Shown here one piece after another: positions 52,523 to 62,971 of a DNA stretch of 64,000 bases. This DNA comes from Camelus dromedarius (Eukaryota). A program made the translations under genes and the position numbers. Numbering within the stretch: position 1 is the stretch's first letter; every line of letters begins with the position of its first letter. The notes beneath the pieces are model-generated. The model saw nothing but the letters and a program-made list of their open reading frames with translations, was not told the DNA's origin and searched no databases. The stretch spans positions 112,160,001 to 112,224,000 of the forward strand of contig NC_087437.1 of NCBI RefSeq assembly GCF_036321535.1, given 5' to 3'.

Positions 52523-52863
52523 TTTTTATAAAATATTGAAGTATAGTCAGTTTACAATGTTGTGTCAATTTCTGGTGCACAACAAAATGTTTCAGACATA
52601 CATACATATACACACATGTATTCATTTTCATATTCTTTTTCGTTATAGGTTACTACAAGATCTTAAATATAGTTCCCTGTGCTCTACAGTAGAAACTTGC
52701 ACTTTATCCGGTTTTGTGAGGATTTTCCTTGTATTTCTGATTGTAAGAGATACTCTACCAAAGTTCAGTAGATATTTTGTGCAGCTTATTCCATATGTAG
52801 ATGTAGTTTTTGTTGTAATCGTGGGAGAGGGTGAGCACCAGGCCCTTCTACTTCACTAGCTTC
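52523..52863 (-). mobile_element. Bipartite mini-L1: 5'UTR head (52708-52863) fused to 3'UTR tail (52523-52707)
   Basis: Tail matches other L1 tails in the window; head aligns with the L1 start at about 58815-58920; TSD aca(t/a)atagcttt at 52511-52522 and 52864-52875. Confidence 0.75.
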
Positions 52864-52939
52864 ACAAATAGCTTTGAAATTTTCTGTTCTTTTAACATCC
52901 CATTTAACCAATCAAATGCCTTCTACAATGCCTTCGAAT

Positions 52940-53080
52940 GTAGTCACAAAGAGGGCTCTGGAACCAGACCCTAAGGTTAGAATCCTGGTTTGACCACTTA
53001 CTGTGTGACTTTGAGCCAATCACTTCACCTCTCTGGGCCTCGCTTTTCTCATCTGTAAAATGGGAACAGTGGTAACAACG
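52940..53080 (+). mobile_element. MIR SINE
   Basis: ggctctggaaccagacc...gaatcctgg...tgtgtgactttgagccaatcacttcacctctctgggcctc...catctgtaaaatggg. Confidence 0.85.
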
Positions 53081-53087
53081 CCTGACT

Positions 53088-53237
53088 GTTTTTTATTACT
53101 ATATTTTTAATTTAATTTTTTAATTTTTTATACAGTTTTTAAAGGTTACTTCCATTTACAGTTGTTACAAAGTATTGGCTATATTCCCTGTGTTGTATAG
53201 TACATCTCTGAACCTATGTTACACCCAATAGCTTTTA
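53088..53237 (-). mobile_element. Short L1 3' fragment
   Basis: ttttaaaggttacttccatttacagttgttacaaagtattggctatattccctgtgttgta. Confidence 0.7.
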
Positions 53238-53249
53238 TACCCCACCAAC

Positions 53250-53810
53250 AGCTGCTGACTCTTCAGGGATGATGGTACATGGCAAGCACGTGCGCCAGGC
53301 CCAGCACAGGGACCAGTACAGGAGGAGCCGCTGTGTGGTGGGCACATGGTGTAGGGCCCAGTCAGCCCTCAGCCTGGTGCAGGGGGCTGCGACAGTGGAA
53401 ATGGAGAATGTCATGGGCTTAATAGGAGGGTCCACTCCCCGACACTTGGGGAAGGGAGGTTTCCTGGAGGAAGGGACAGCTAAGCGGAGACCTGGAAGGA
53501 AAGGAGTGGCCAGAAAAGAGGAGATCAATGGGTCTTCCAGGGTCAGGGAGCAGCATGCAAACCCCCATAGGGAGGAGGGCAAACAGAGGGTGGGAGGGCG
53601 GGCACTGATGTAGCCCAGCAAGGGCAGAGGATGGGATGAGGAGGGGTCCAGGTAAGACTGGATCAGGAAGCAGGAATAAGAACAGGCAGCCTTTGGGTCC
53701 AGTTGAAGAGTCTGCATTTCACTGCTAGGGGGTTCATGCCAGGGAGTGAATTTGCAGTTGAGTGAGGTGGTGCTGGCTGCTGGGTGGAAAGTGAGAGGGT
53801 GAGATTCTGT
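53250..53810 (-). mobile_element. L2 fragment
   Basis: gggaaggga ggtttcctggaggaaggg...cagggagcagcatgcaaa...gagtctgcatttc. Confidence 0.6.
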
Positions 53811-54001
53811 GGCTTTCACGTTTGACCCTGACCCACAGGAAGAAAAGCGAGCTTTTCCACAATCAGAAACAAACACAGAGTTTGAGGGGAGTGAGGCTTT
53901 CCCATCTTTAAGGAAAATAACATGGCAGAGCATAACAAATACCAAAATAGGGACAGAGCTTTGCAAAGGGCCAGGGTCCCTGAAGTTCAAGTTCATTAGC
54001 C

Positions 54002-54388
54002 TGGTCGATGCAAATAATCAATAATCGATCTATAATAAGGAATAAAAAAGAGTTTTGTTCCAGCCAGTTAAGGACTGTAGCCCAGGAGGTAGGCTCTCGG
54101 TAGCGCTGAGAACCGGCTCTGTAGAAGCATGCGCAGTTTTATTTCTCATCAGAACAAAGCATATAAACCCAACGTGACAGGAAACATTCCTTCAGGGTTT
54201 CAAAAGAGACAAATTAGTACGTACACAGCAGGCCGGCTGGACCTGTATTTGCCAGCTGTTCTAGGTTTACCCAAAGTTGAGGCCAAACCATGTATAAGCC
54301 AGAGTGACTTCCCTGCATCTCAGTATGTGAACAATTTCCCCATCAGCCTCCAGGGAAAGCTGCCTCTGATTACAACCCAGTAGACCCA
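54002..54388 (-). mobile_element. ERV1 solo LTR (MER41-related, older copy)
   Basis: Shares the aggact..agcccagga...ctctc.gtagc.ctgagaac...ctct block with the adjacent LTR; family assignment from memory. Confidence 0.6.
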
Positions 54389-54870
54389 TGTCGACTGAAA
54401 TAAAGTCGCAGAACCTAAAAGCTGAGTTATGTTTTATTCAGTGGACATTCCTGGGGACTTGACTCCCTTCGAGCCCGGGATGACAGCTTCCCAGGTGGCT
54501 CTGAGGGACTGCTCTCAAGAGGTAGGGGGGGAGCCAGGATATATAGGAGCTTTACAACAAAGACAAAGTAGTCGGAACATTAAAAGATTACTTGCTAACT
54601 GAAGAAAACCAGGCATCTCAAGTTAAAGAATTTGGTGCTTTTCTATGTATGGGAGGAAGCAGACATTTGGGCTCACTGAATTCATTCTTTTGACACGTAC
54701 CTAGCTCTCTAGGGCCAGTGTCCTGTCTTGTCACATTCTGGGTCCCCTCCGGTTGCAGAGCCCTGGCTGCAGGCTTGTCTACACGGTGGGGAGTGGTGGC
54801 AGCAGCTGATGACTTGATGGCTTCAGCATTCTTTGTTTACTGATATGGTTTGCAGTATTTTTTGTTCACA
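54389..54870 (-). mobile_element. ERV1 solo LTR, MER41-like
   Basis: TG...CA termini; near 4-bp TSD ccca/ctca (54385-54388, 54871-54874); minus-strand TATA-like cctatata (54540-54547) and AATAAA (54433-54438). Confidence 0.75.
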
Positions 54871-54984
54871 CTCACATCATATAACCCCCCACGTACACAC
54901 ACAACCACACACACCATTCACCACACACACACACCACTCACCACACATGTACCACATACAGCATACCTGAAACAGGCCAAAACC

Positions 54985-55550
54985 CTACTTTGTACTGTGT
55001 GCTCTGTTTCTTTCTATTCTATCCCATTTCATTCCATTTCTTTCTTTCTTTTTTTTTTTTTTTTTTCTAGTAATGTCTGAGACCACTAAATTGATCTCGT
55101 GACCCACTAATAGGTCCTGAACTGCAGTTCAGGAAAAACTAACCTGGAGGGAGTTAGTCTGGCCACTGGGAGATGATCTTTGATCTGCTGCCTGCGTGAC
55201 CTCTCAGCACAGGTGGCGCCCCAGCCTGGGACACAGCTGTGGCACCCGGCCACCTCACCTCATCCCTACGGCTGCCTCACAGCCTGCCAGGACCACTGGG
55301 GGTGGGGGGGCCTGTCACTGTGTCTGCATGGCTAATTTGAACTGAAGAAGTAACCGCACCAATTTTTGGTTTTAATCACCCCCTTGCTTACAGAGGCTGA
55401 ATTTCCTTTGCCTTCCTCCAAATCAGTGTTTTCCAAACTGCAGCTTGGGACCTGTTAGTGGGTCATGAAATCACTTCAGTGCATCTCAGACAACAATAAA
55501 GGAAAAGAAGGAAGAGAACAGAACAGAACAGAGCATGTGTCACGTAGTAA
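54985..55550. mobile_element. Two oppositely oriented copies of an old hAT-Charlie element (about 54985-55140 minus, about 55424-55550 plus)
   Basis: tcgtgacccactaataggtcctgaactgcagtt is close to the reverse complement of aactgcagcttgggacctgttagtgggtcatga. Confidence 0.6.
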
Positions 55551-56379
55551 GGATAAGCGCTGACTGGTTTGGGGTGGGGTGTGTCCTATGGTATCGCTTT
55601 CCTTCAAGCCAGCTATTAAGTAGGTGAAACTATAAACCCAGGACAGAGAGAATCAATCATGTCCAGTGAGTCAGACACAGAAGAGAGAATGCAGCAACTA
55701 GAGAAACGACAGCCTGAAAAGTAAGGAGGGTCTGCAAAGCCCGCAGCCCAACCCTGAGCCTGCCTGGTGGTGGTGACTCAGTGAGAACAAAGCAGTTTTT
55801 TTCCCCAGTTATTCAGTCCAGCTAATCGTTCCTCCCGTTTCAGCCAGCCCCAATAGGACCGACTTACAGTAACAGGATGACTCACCCTCTTACATGTCCG
55901 TTCAGAAGCCCTCAGGCCAGGCTCCCGCTGCTATGCCCCTGCCCGCTGTGGCCCGCTACCCAGAACAGGCGGGAATTTCTCTTCTGGGATGTTCCTCAAA
56001 GCGGAGACTCAGGCCTTAGACGGTGTGTCAGCGCTCGTCTGAGTGACGGCAGCCTGCTGGAATACGCAGCCATAGTTGGGCTTGTTTCTTATAAACAAGA
56101 AACCAAATATTTGCTCAACTAAAAACTATGACGAGGAATCTTAATTTGATTAATTTTTCTGGTTCCCGGGATTTCTATGAAAATTGATAACAGAATTAGA
56201 AGGTTAAATTCTTCTTAAGTGTATTTTTAGTGAGTTGCCTTTGTGGGAAATAATGAAAATGTTTTAAATGGTACTGTCCCAGAAAATCCAGGCTGTGTAG
56301 CCAAATACCAGAATGTATGTCTTTGCACACACATAGGCGGGCACACAGATTGCCCCCCTTGCTGTCTTCATTCCCCCAT

Positions 56380-56695
56380 TTCTTTACCCACTTCATCCTA
56401 GCCTAGACCCCTCAACCCACACTCCGTGGACCCAGCATTGCTAAGATCCCATCCATCTCCAGGCTGTAAAGCACAATGAACACATTGTGGTTTTCCGCTT
56501 GGCTCCTTGGCAGCATTCAATGCAACCAACCTGTATCTTCTTCTAAAAGCACTCTCTTCTCTGGGCTCCCACCTGACACCACACATTCCTGGCATTCCTC
56601 CTGCCTCTCTGGCCACGTCTCAGCTTCCTTTGCCAGTTCTTCTGCCTCTGCGAAACCTCAGTGCTCAGGTTCCCCCCTAAGCCCTTTCCTCTGCT

Positions 56696-56737
<42 letters not shown>

Positions 56738-57990
56738 AGCTCTCAAAGAAAAGTGGCACTAGGTGACATGTGAGGGCAGTCTGGGTTTGTCACAATGATG
56801 GGTGGAGGCTGCATTTCATGGGTGGGAGCCAGAAAGGCCAAAAGAGGGCAATGTCACCAAAGAACTGTCCACTGCCAAACCCACAAGACTGGTCCCTCCG
56901 TGAGAAACACTGCACCTTGTCCACTCCCTTGGATTCAGGTGCCCTCGGCAGGCCAACGACTCCCCAGCCAGACCTCTCCCCCGAGCGCAGGTCTTCCATT
57001 TAGACATCTCACCAGACTGCTTCTCCTCCAGAATGTCCTTCCTCAGTGCTCAGCATCACCATTTGGCCTCCTGCACCCCATCCAGTCACCAAATCCTACC
57101 AAGCCCAGCTCCTAAGTACCTGCAAAACCCATCTACTTTTCTCCACGTCTACTGCCAACACTCAGTGTCAGTCCCCATCATCACTGCCTGGACTCCTCTG
57201 GTGGCCTCCTCACAGATCTCCCTGCCTGAGTCCTCGTGCTCATGGAGGCCAGAGTCATCTTCTAAAACAGCAACTCTGATCCTATCACTCTCCTGCTTAA
57301 CCTCGCCGATGGCCTCCCGGTGCTCTGAGAATCTGGCCCCAGATCCTTATCACTGCGTGTGAGGAGGACCCCGCCTGCCTCTCCAGCATCAGCATCGCTC
57401 TCCCCTGTTCAGTAGCTTGAGCCACAGTGGCCTCCGGCCAGCTCCTCAGTGACGCTATGCTTAGTAGCTACTAGTACAATTTTTTTATTACCCAAAATAA
57501 CAATTGTGTTTACTTAAGAAACTTTATTGAGACTTATCAGAACAAAGGAATATATTTACTGTTTCTGATAATTTAATTAAATAAGCCACCTAACCACTAT
57601 TATTATGTAACTAAATCTCTACTCTGTAATTAACTCCAATTATATCAAGGATTTTTTTTTTAAGCCATCCCATGTTGCAAAACCCTTCTTTCTTATTCAC
57701 TGACCCCTACTCTTCCAGTGGCTAAAGGTAACATTTCTCCAAAATCCTGGTATCCATTCAAATGCCACTTCTTCCAGGAAGCCTCAGCCCCCTAGGATAA
57801 GTCCCATTTTCATGGCTCCTACTCTGTCTCCCTTCTAGAACAGGTCACAATTGCCATGAATTACCTGGTTGTGTAGCTGTTTATTTAATGTCTTTCTTCA
57901 CTGCTCTGGAAGAGTCTCTGGGGATGAGGAATGGGTTCTGTGGCACCCAGCACAGCACCCAGCTGAGTGGGACACAGTAACTACCAAAAA
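56380..57990 (+). mobile_element. Fragmented L2 with an embedded MER20-like MITE (about 56735-56912) and a (CT)n repeat (56698-56732)
   Basis: gcagcattcaatgcaaccaacc...cacattcctggcattcctcctgcctctctggcc...ccagacctctcccccgagc...catccagtcaccaaatcct; MITE gtttgtcacaatga...tgagaaacactg. Confidence 0.65.
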
Positions 57991-59159
57991 GTGGATTCCA
58001 ATTCTAGTTTCCACTAAGAGGCTGAATTAGCAACAAGCTGATTTGCCTAAGATAAATCCAGAAGGAACTGTAAGGGGGGAAACTGATAAAATTATGAGAA
58101 ACTCCTGGGGAATTGGAGCGGGGGAGGCTGTTGTGAAAGGATGGGGGCTTTGGCTAGAAACAGGACTCGGTGGACTGGCTGTGGAAAGAATAAAACAGGA
58201 AAGGAACTGTGGGCTCTGTGTTTGCTCCTCACCCACCAACACCAGGGGCAAACGGTGCTTGACCTACACCACTGGTGACTCAGATCTGTAGTCCAGATGT
58301 CCCAGGAGAAAAATCCAGCCATCTCAGAAGTCCTGTGCTTGTGAGAAACTGAGAAAAATAGGGGAAAACAAACCCCAGGCAGTTGACTCCCTTCTCTGAC
58401 ATCTCCAAACCTCCAGACCAAAGGAACCACAGTCCAAAGAACATCTCCTAAATTGTGTCTCCCTGGGGCAAAGGATGGAAAACTGACCTGAGGAGTTTGT
58501 TTTGCTGAGTGTGGAGGGACTGAAGGTGTTGTGGGTGTCTGGGATGGATCTGTCCCCGCCCATCTCCCTGGGGCAAGTGTGGACCAGAGTCCAGGTTTCT
58601 TCAATAGGTATTGCCCAACAGAGACACCAGTCTCCCCAGCCCCCACCATAGAAAATGAGCTCACAGGTCAAAAAAGCAAAAGATATTTGAGAAGCATAAC
58701 CATTTCCAAAACAAAGAAACAAGTGCTGGATTACAGATTCCATCAGAAAGAGAAATGCTGTTAAAGTCCAAGAAGTTAAAATGAGTCTAATAAATTATTA
58801 AGAAGTGGCTGGGGGAGAGTTCAACATGCAGCTGTAAGAAGATCCCAAACTCACCTCACCCCACAGACACAACAAATCGACAGCTAACTATGAATCAGTT
58901 CCCACTGAAGAAGACCTGAACAGCTGAACATCTCACCTCCTTCACAGCAAAGGTTGAAATAGCCACATCAAGACAGGAGAGGCAGAGATGCAGCCTCCCC
59001 CCAAACCCCACGCCTGGCGCAGACCCACAATCAGGAGGCATCTCAAAGACACAGAGCTTCTCCCTGAGGGGTGAGGGGTCTGTGCCCACATCAGGCGCCC
59101 CAACCCTTGGGACCTGAACTGGAGACACAAGCCCCCAAATGTCTGGTTTTGAAAACCCG

Positions 59160-59294
59160 CGGGAAGAGGGTATAGATCAAGTGGTAGAGTGCATGCTTAG
59201 CATGCACAGGGTCTGGTTTCAATCCCCAGAACTGCCTCTAAAAATAAACACACAAACCAAACCCCCTCCCCCCAAAAAAATTAAAAAAGAAAGA
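59160..59294 (+). mobile_element. Camelid tRNA-derived SINE inserted in the L1 5'UTR
   Basis: gagggtatagatcaagtggtagagtgcatgcttagcatgcac...ttcaatcccc + A tail; short TSD gaaaacc at 59151-59157 and 59295-59301. Confidence 0.88.
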
Positions 59295-61238
59295 GAAAAC
59301 CAATGGGGCTTATGTCCAGGAGAACCATAGGGCTGTGGTAAATGGAGATTCCACTCTTAAAGGGCTCGCGGGATGACTCACTTGCCCTGGGACCTAGCAC
59401 AAGAGCCACAGTTTGAAAAGCAGGGAGACTGTATGAGAAAGAGACTCATTTGCTCACCTTAGAGCATCTCCTGGAGGGGCAGAAGCCTGTGGGGACTCTC
59501 TCTAGGGACAGAGGCACTCCCATGGCCCCACCAAAGCCAGGAGGGCACTCACAGCCCACACAGGAGACGCCCTTTGAGTGCCTGGCCCCGGCGGTCAGGG
59601 GAGATTGTGTTTCTCAGCCCCACTGGTCTGAAACAATCAGAAGGGCAGTTCCGGGCAGGCTACTTGCGCCAGGAAACTGCACCAACAGAAGACTGGACCA
59701 CACACCCCTAGTCTCCCTGTGAAAAAAGGCTTAAATACTGGTCCTGGAGTGTGAGCCTGACAAGCACACATCAAGAGGTTATAGAAGTGGTCTCAGGGAA
59801 TGTGAGCCGGGGACACTGTTTCCGAGCTCTCCCTTGGCCGCGCCACAGCTCATCAGAACCTTCCAGAAAGGAGCTCACATACTCAACTGGAACCCAAGTT
59901 TTTGCCACTGTTGCCCAGGGAACATTTCCAGGTCATCTGGTCTGCAGGCCAGCAGCATTATGATCGCAATCTCATAAGGTGGTATATACTTGCAAATCTT
60001 AAAACCTGCTGCCTAAGGGTTTAGCTTCTAATCAGCCTGAAACTCGCTGCAGACTGAGATCGTTCCCTCTGGAACACCCACAGGTCTTGGCACACCCTCA
60101 GTAACTGGACAGAGCAAGAATAAGTTAGACTGCTTAGGCAATCACAAAGGTTCACCAAGACCTAGGGCAACATTAAACAATTAAGTTTCATCTCCTACGC
60201 AAAGCCACCTGTTCAAGACTGGGAGAAATAGCTGTTTTGCATAATACATAAAAACAAACAGAGAGTCAAGCAAAAAGAGGAGATCGAGGAATATGTTCCA
60301 AATGAAAGAACAAGGTAAAACCCCAGAAAAATCTTTAATGAAACAGAGGTTTACCTGGTAAAAAGTTCACAGTAATGGTTGTAAAAATGTTCATGGAACT
60401 CAAGGGAAGAATGGATAAATGCAATGAGAACTTCAACAAAGGATAGAAAATATAAGAAGGTAAGTACTACAGGACTGCATGATCCACAGTTGCTTGAATC
60501 GGTGGATGTGGAATTTCGGACATGGAGGGCCAAACAGAAACCACATTCTGTGGAGGAACCACAGACATAAAGGAACCATGAGTATTCAGAGACCAAGGAT
60601 GTGGAGGGCTGACTATAAGCTATACACAGATTTTCAAACTTCACAGAGTGTGGGTACTCCATGGAGAGCATGTGTTCTTTAATTCAACTATTTATATTTT
60701 TCACTTCTTATGCTTGTTTCCTTTTCTAGGTTTCTTTATTGTTGTTTTATTTCCCCTTATTTCTTATTTATTTATTTAAACTGAAGTGTAATTTTGTTTT
60801 TGTGGGTTAGGCAAAAGCCACAGAGCTGAAGAATACAATAACTGGACTGAAAAATACACCAGAGGCATTCAACTGCAGACTAGATGAAGCAAAGAAAGTA
60901 CTGGTGAGCTGAAGACAGGGCAGTGGAACTCATCCAAACAAGTGTTAGTGAGGATTAAGAGCAAAGTGAAACTTTGTACACTGTTGGTGGGGATATAAAT
61001 GGTGCAGTCACTATGGAGAACATTACGGAGGTTCCTCAAAAAATTGAAAATAGAGCTACTGTATGATCCAGCAATTCCACTCCTGGGTATTTATCCAAAG
61101 AAAAGGAAAACACTAATTCAAAAAGATATGTGTACTCCTATGTTCATTGCAACATTATGTATAGTAGCCAAGATATGGAAACAACCTAAATGTCCATCAA
61201 TGAGTGAGTGGATAAAGAAGATGTGGTTTATATGCATA

Positions 61239-61503
61239 CAGTTGAACTTTGAACTACATGGAGGTACCCATACTCTGTGAAGTTGAAAATCTACATAAAA
61301 CTTATAGCCAGCCGTCTGTATCCTCAGTCCCTCCATGCTCGTGGTTCCTTTATATCTGTGGTTCCTCCGTATCTGCAATTCCATATCCACCAATTCAACC
61401 AACCATGGATCACATAGTCCTATAGTACTTACTATTAAAAAAAAAAAACCCTGCAAATAAGTGACCCATGCATTTCTAACCTATGTTGCTCAAGGATCAA
61501 CTG
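61239..61503. mobile_element. Tigger2/MER8-type TcMar MITE
   Basis: TIRs cagttgaactttgaac ... gctcaaggatcaactg with TA target duplication (61237-61238, 61504-61505); interrupts the L1 ORF2 end. Confidence 0.85.
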
Positions 61504-62111
61504 TATAATGAAATACCACTCAGCTGTAAAAAAAGAATGAAATCTTGCTATATGAGACAACAAGAATGGACCTTGAAGTTGTTATGCTAAGTGAAATAAG
61601 TCAGACAGAAAGACAAATACCATATGGTTTCACTTATATGTGAAATCTAAAGAAAAAACCAGATAAACAAACAAAACTCATAAACACAGGCTATGTGGTT
61701 GCCAGAGGGGAGGGGTGTTCAGGGGTGGGCAATAGATGAAAGGGATCAAGAGGTACAAACTTCCGGTTATAAAATAAGTAAGTCGTAGGAATACAATGTG
61801 CAGCATGGTAACTGTAGACAATAATCTAGTATTGCAAATTTGAAAGCTGTTAAAAAAAGAGTTCTTATCACAAGAAAAAAAATTTCGCAACCCTGTATGG
61901 TGACAGGTGGTAACTAGACTGATTGTGATGATCATGTATACGGATGCTGAATCACTGAAACTAACATTGTAAATCAACTACACGTCAATAAATTTTTAAC
62001 TGCCAAAAATTTTTTTAATAAAAAGAAGTTGAATCATTATGTTGTACACCTAATGTAATAAAGCTGATATAATGCTGTATGTCAATTACACTCTAATTTA
62101 AATAAAAGAGA

Positions 62112-62960
62112 AATGAGAAATAAGGGGAAATGAAACAATAATAAAGAAATCTAGAAAAGGAACCAAGCATAAGAAGTAAAAAATAAAAATAGTTGAAGTA
62201 AAGAACACATTGATGGGACAAGGAGCAGAATGGATACAACTCAAGAACAAATTAGTGAATTGGAATTCCAGATTGAAGAAAATCTTTAAAGGAAGGACAA
62301 AAAATTAGGAAATATTAAAGAAAAGCAGAGAAATGTGGGTGATTTATGTATAAGTGCTAACAACCAGATAATGAGACTCAGAAAGACAGAGGGATAAAAT
62401 GAGGAGGAAATAGCTGAAGAAATAATGGAGCTAGATTTCCTAGAATTGAAAGAAAGAAAGAAAAGAAAGACAGACCTGAATGAAAGGGCCTGTAGAATGA
62501 TAAGGAGGAAAAATAATGGGGCAGGAATCACACATAGAAATCTATAATAAAGTGTAGGATTATCAAAGACAAAGAAAATTCTGAAAATTTCTTAAGAAAA
62601 AAAGCACTTCATGCAAAGGAACAAAAATCAGATAGACATCAGATTCCCTAACAGCAACAGCAGATGCATGAAAACAATGGAGCATGCTTTTGTTAAAATA
62701 CAGAAAAAATACAGAAGAAAATGACCTTAGAACCAAGAAATATATAACCAGCCAAACTGGCATGAGATATCAGGGCATGAAATAAATATTTTCAGTTATA
62801 CAAGATCTGAAAACTTGAATAAACAGAGAAACAAATCAAGGAGTGGCTGCAAGAAACATGGAAATTAAAGTAACAAAATACCTTAGAAAAATTAATTACT
62901 GTATTTAAAAAAAAATACTAAGACCAAAGAACAAAAAAAAATGTTTATAATTACCCAGAA
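62112..62960 (+). mobile_element. Ancient L1/HAL1 ORF1 remnant
   Basis: A-rich ORF1-like motifs (gaagaaataatg...gatttcctagaattgaaag; aaagaaaattctgaaa; aaaatcagatagacatcagattcc). Confidence 0.7.
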
Positions 62961-62971
62961 TTAAAGTCTAG

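Larger units (their letters stand above)
58810..62110 (+). mobile_element. Internally deleted L1 (5'UTR + ORF1 N-terminus joined to ORF2 C-terminus + L1MA9-like 3'UTR), with nested insertions
   Basis: ORF1-type sequence at 60290-60940; ORF 60999-61280 (RRFLKKLKIELLYDPAIPLLGIYPK...KIWKQPKCPS..EWIKKMW) is the canonical L1 ORF2 C-terminus; 3'UTR to about 62110. Confidence 0.88.

Noticed and set aside
53235..53996. Longest ORF in the track (253 aa, minus strand)
   Set aside because: Runs largely through a decayed L2 element, has low-information Ser/Pro/Leu composition and no recognisable domain; chance ORF.
57470..57660. AT-rich island within L2, considered as a possible NUMT
   Set aside because: No mitochondrial gene, tRNA or rRNA motif I could recognise; origin unresolved.
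58092..58743. 190-aa and 139-aa minus-strand ORFs
   Set aside because: No recognisable product; they lie in probable old L1-derived sequence next to the L1 cluster.
60455..60466. Perfect donor AAG|GTAAGT at the start of the ORF1 insertion, suggesting an intron gain
   Set aside because: GTAAGT is simply the inverted copy of 61427-61432; the host ORF1 is already decayed, so coincidence is more likely.
60999..61280. 93-aa ORF with protein-like sequence
   Set aside because: It is the L1 ORF2 C-terminal remnant, broken by a MITE; not a host gene.
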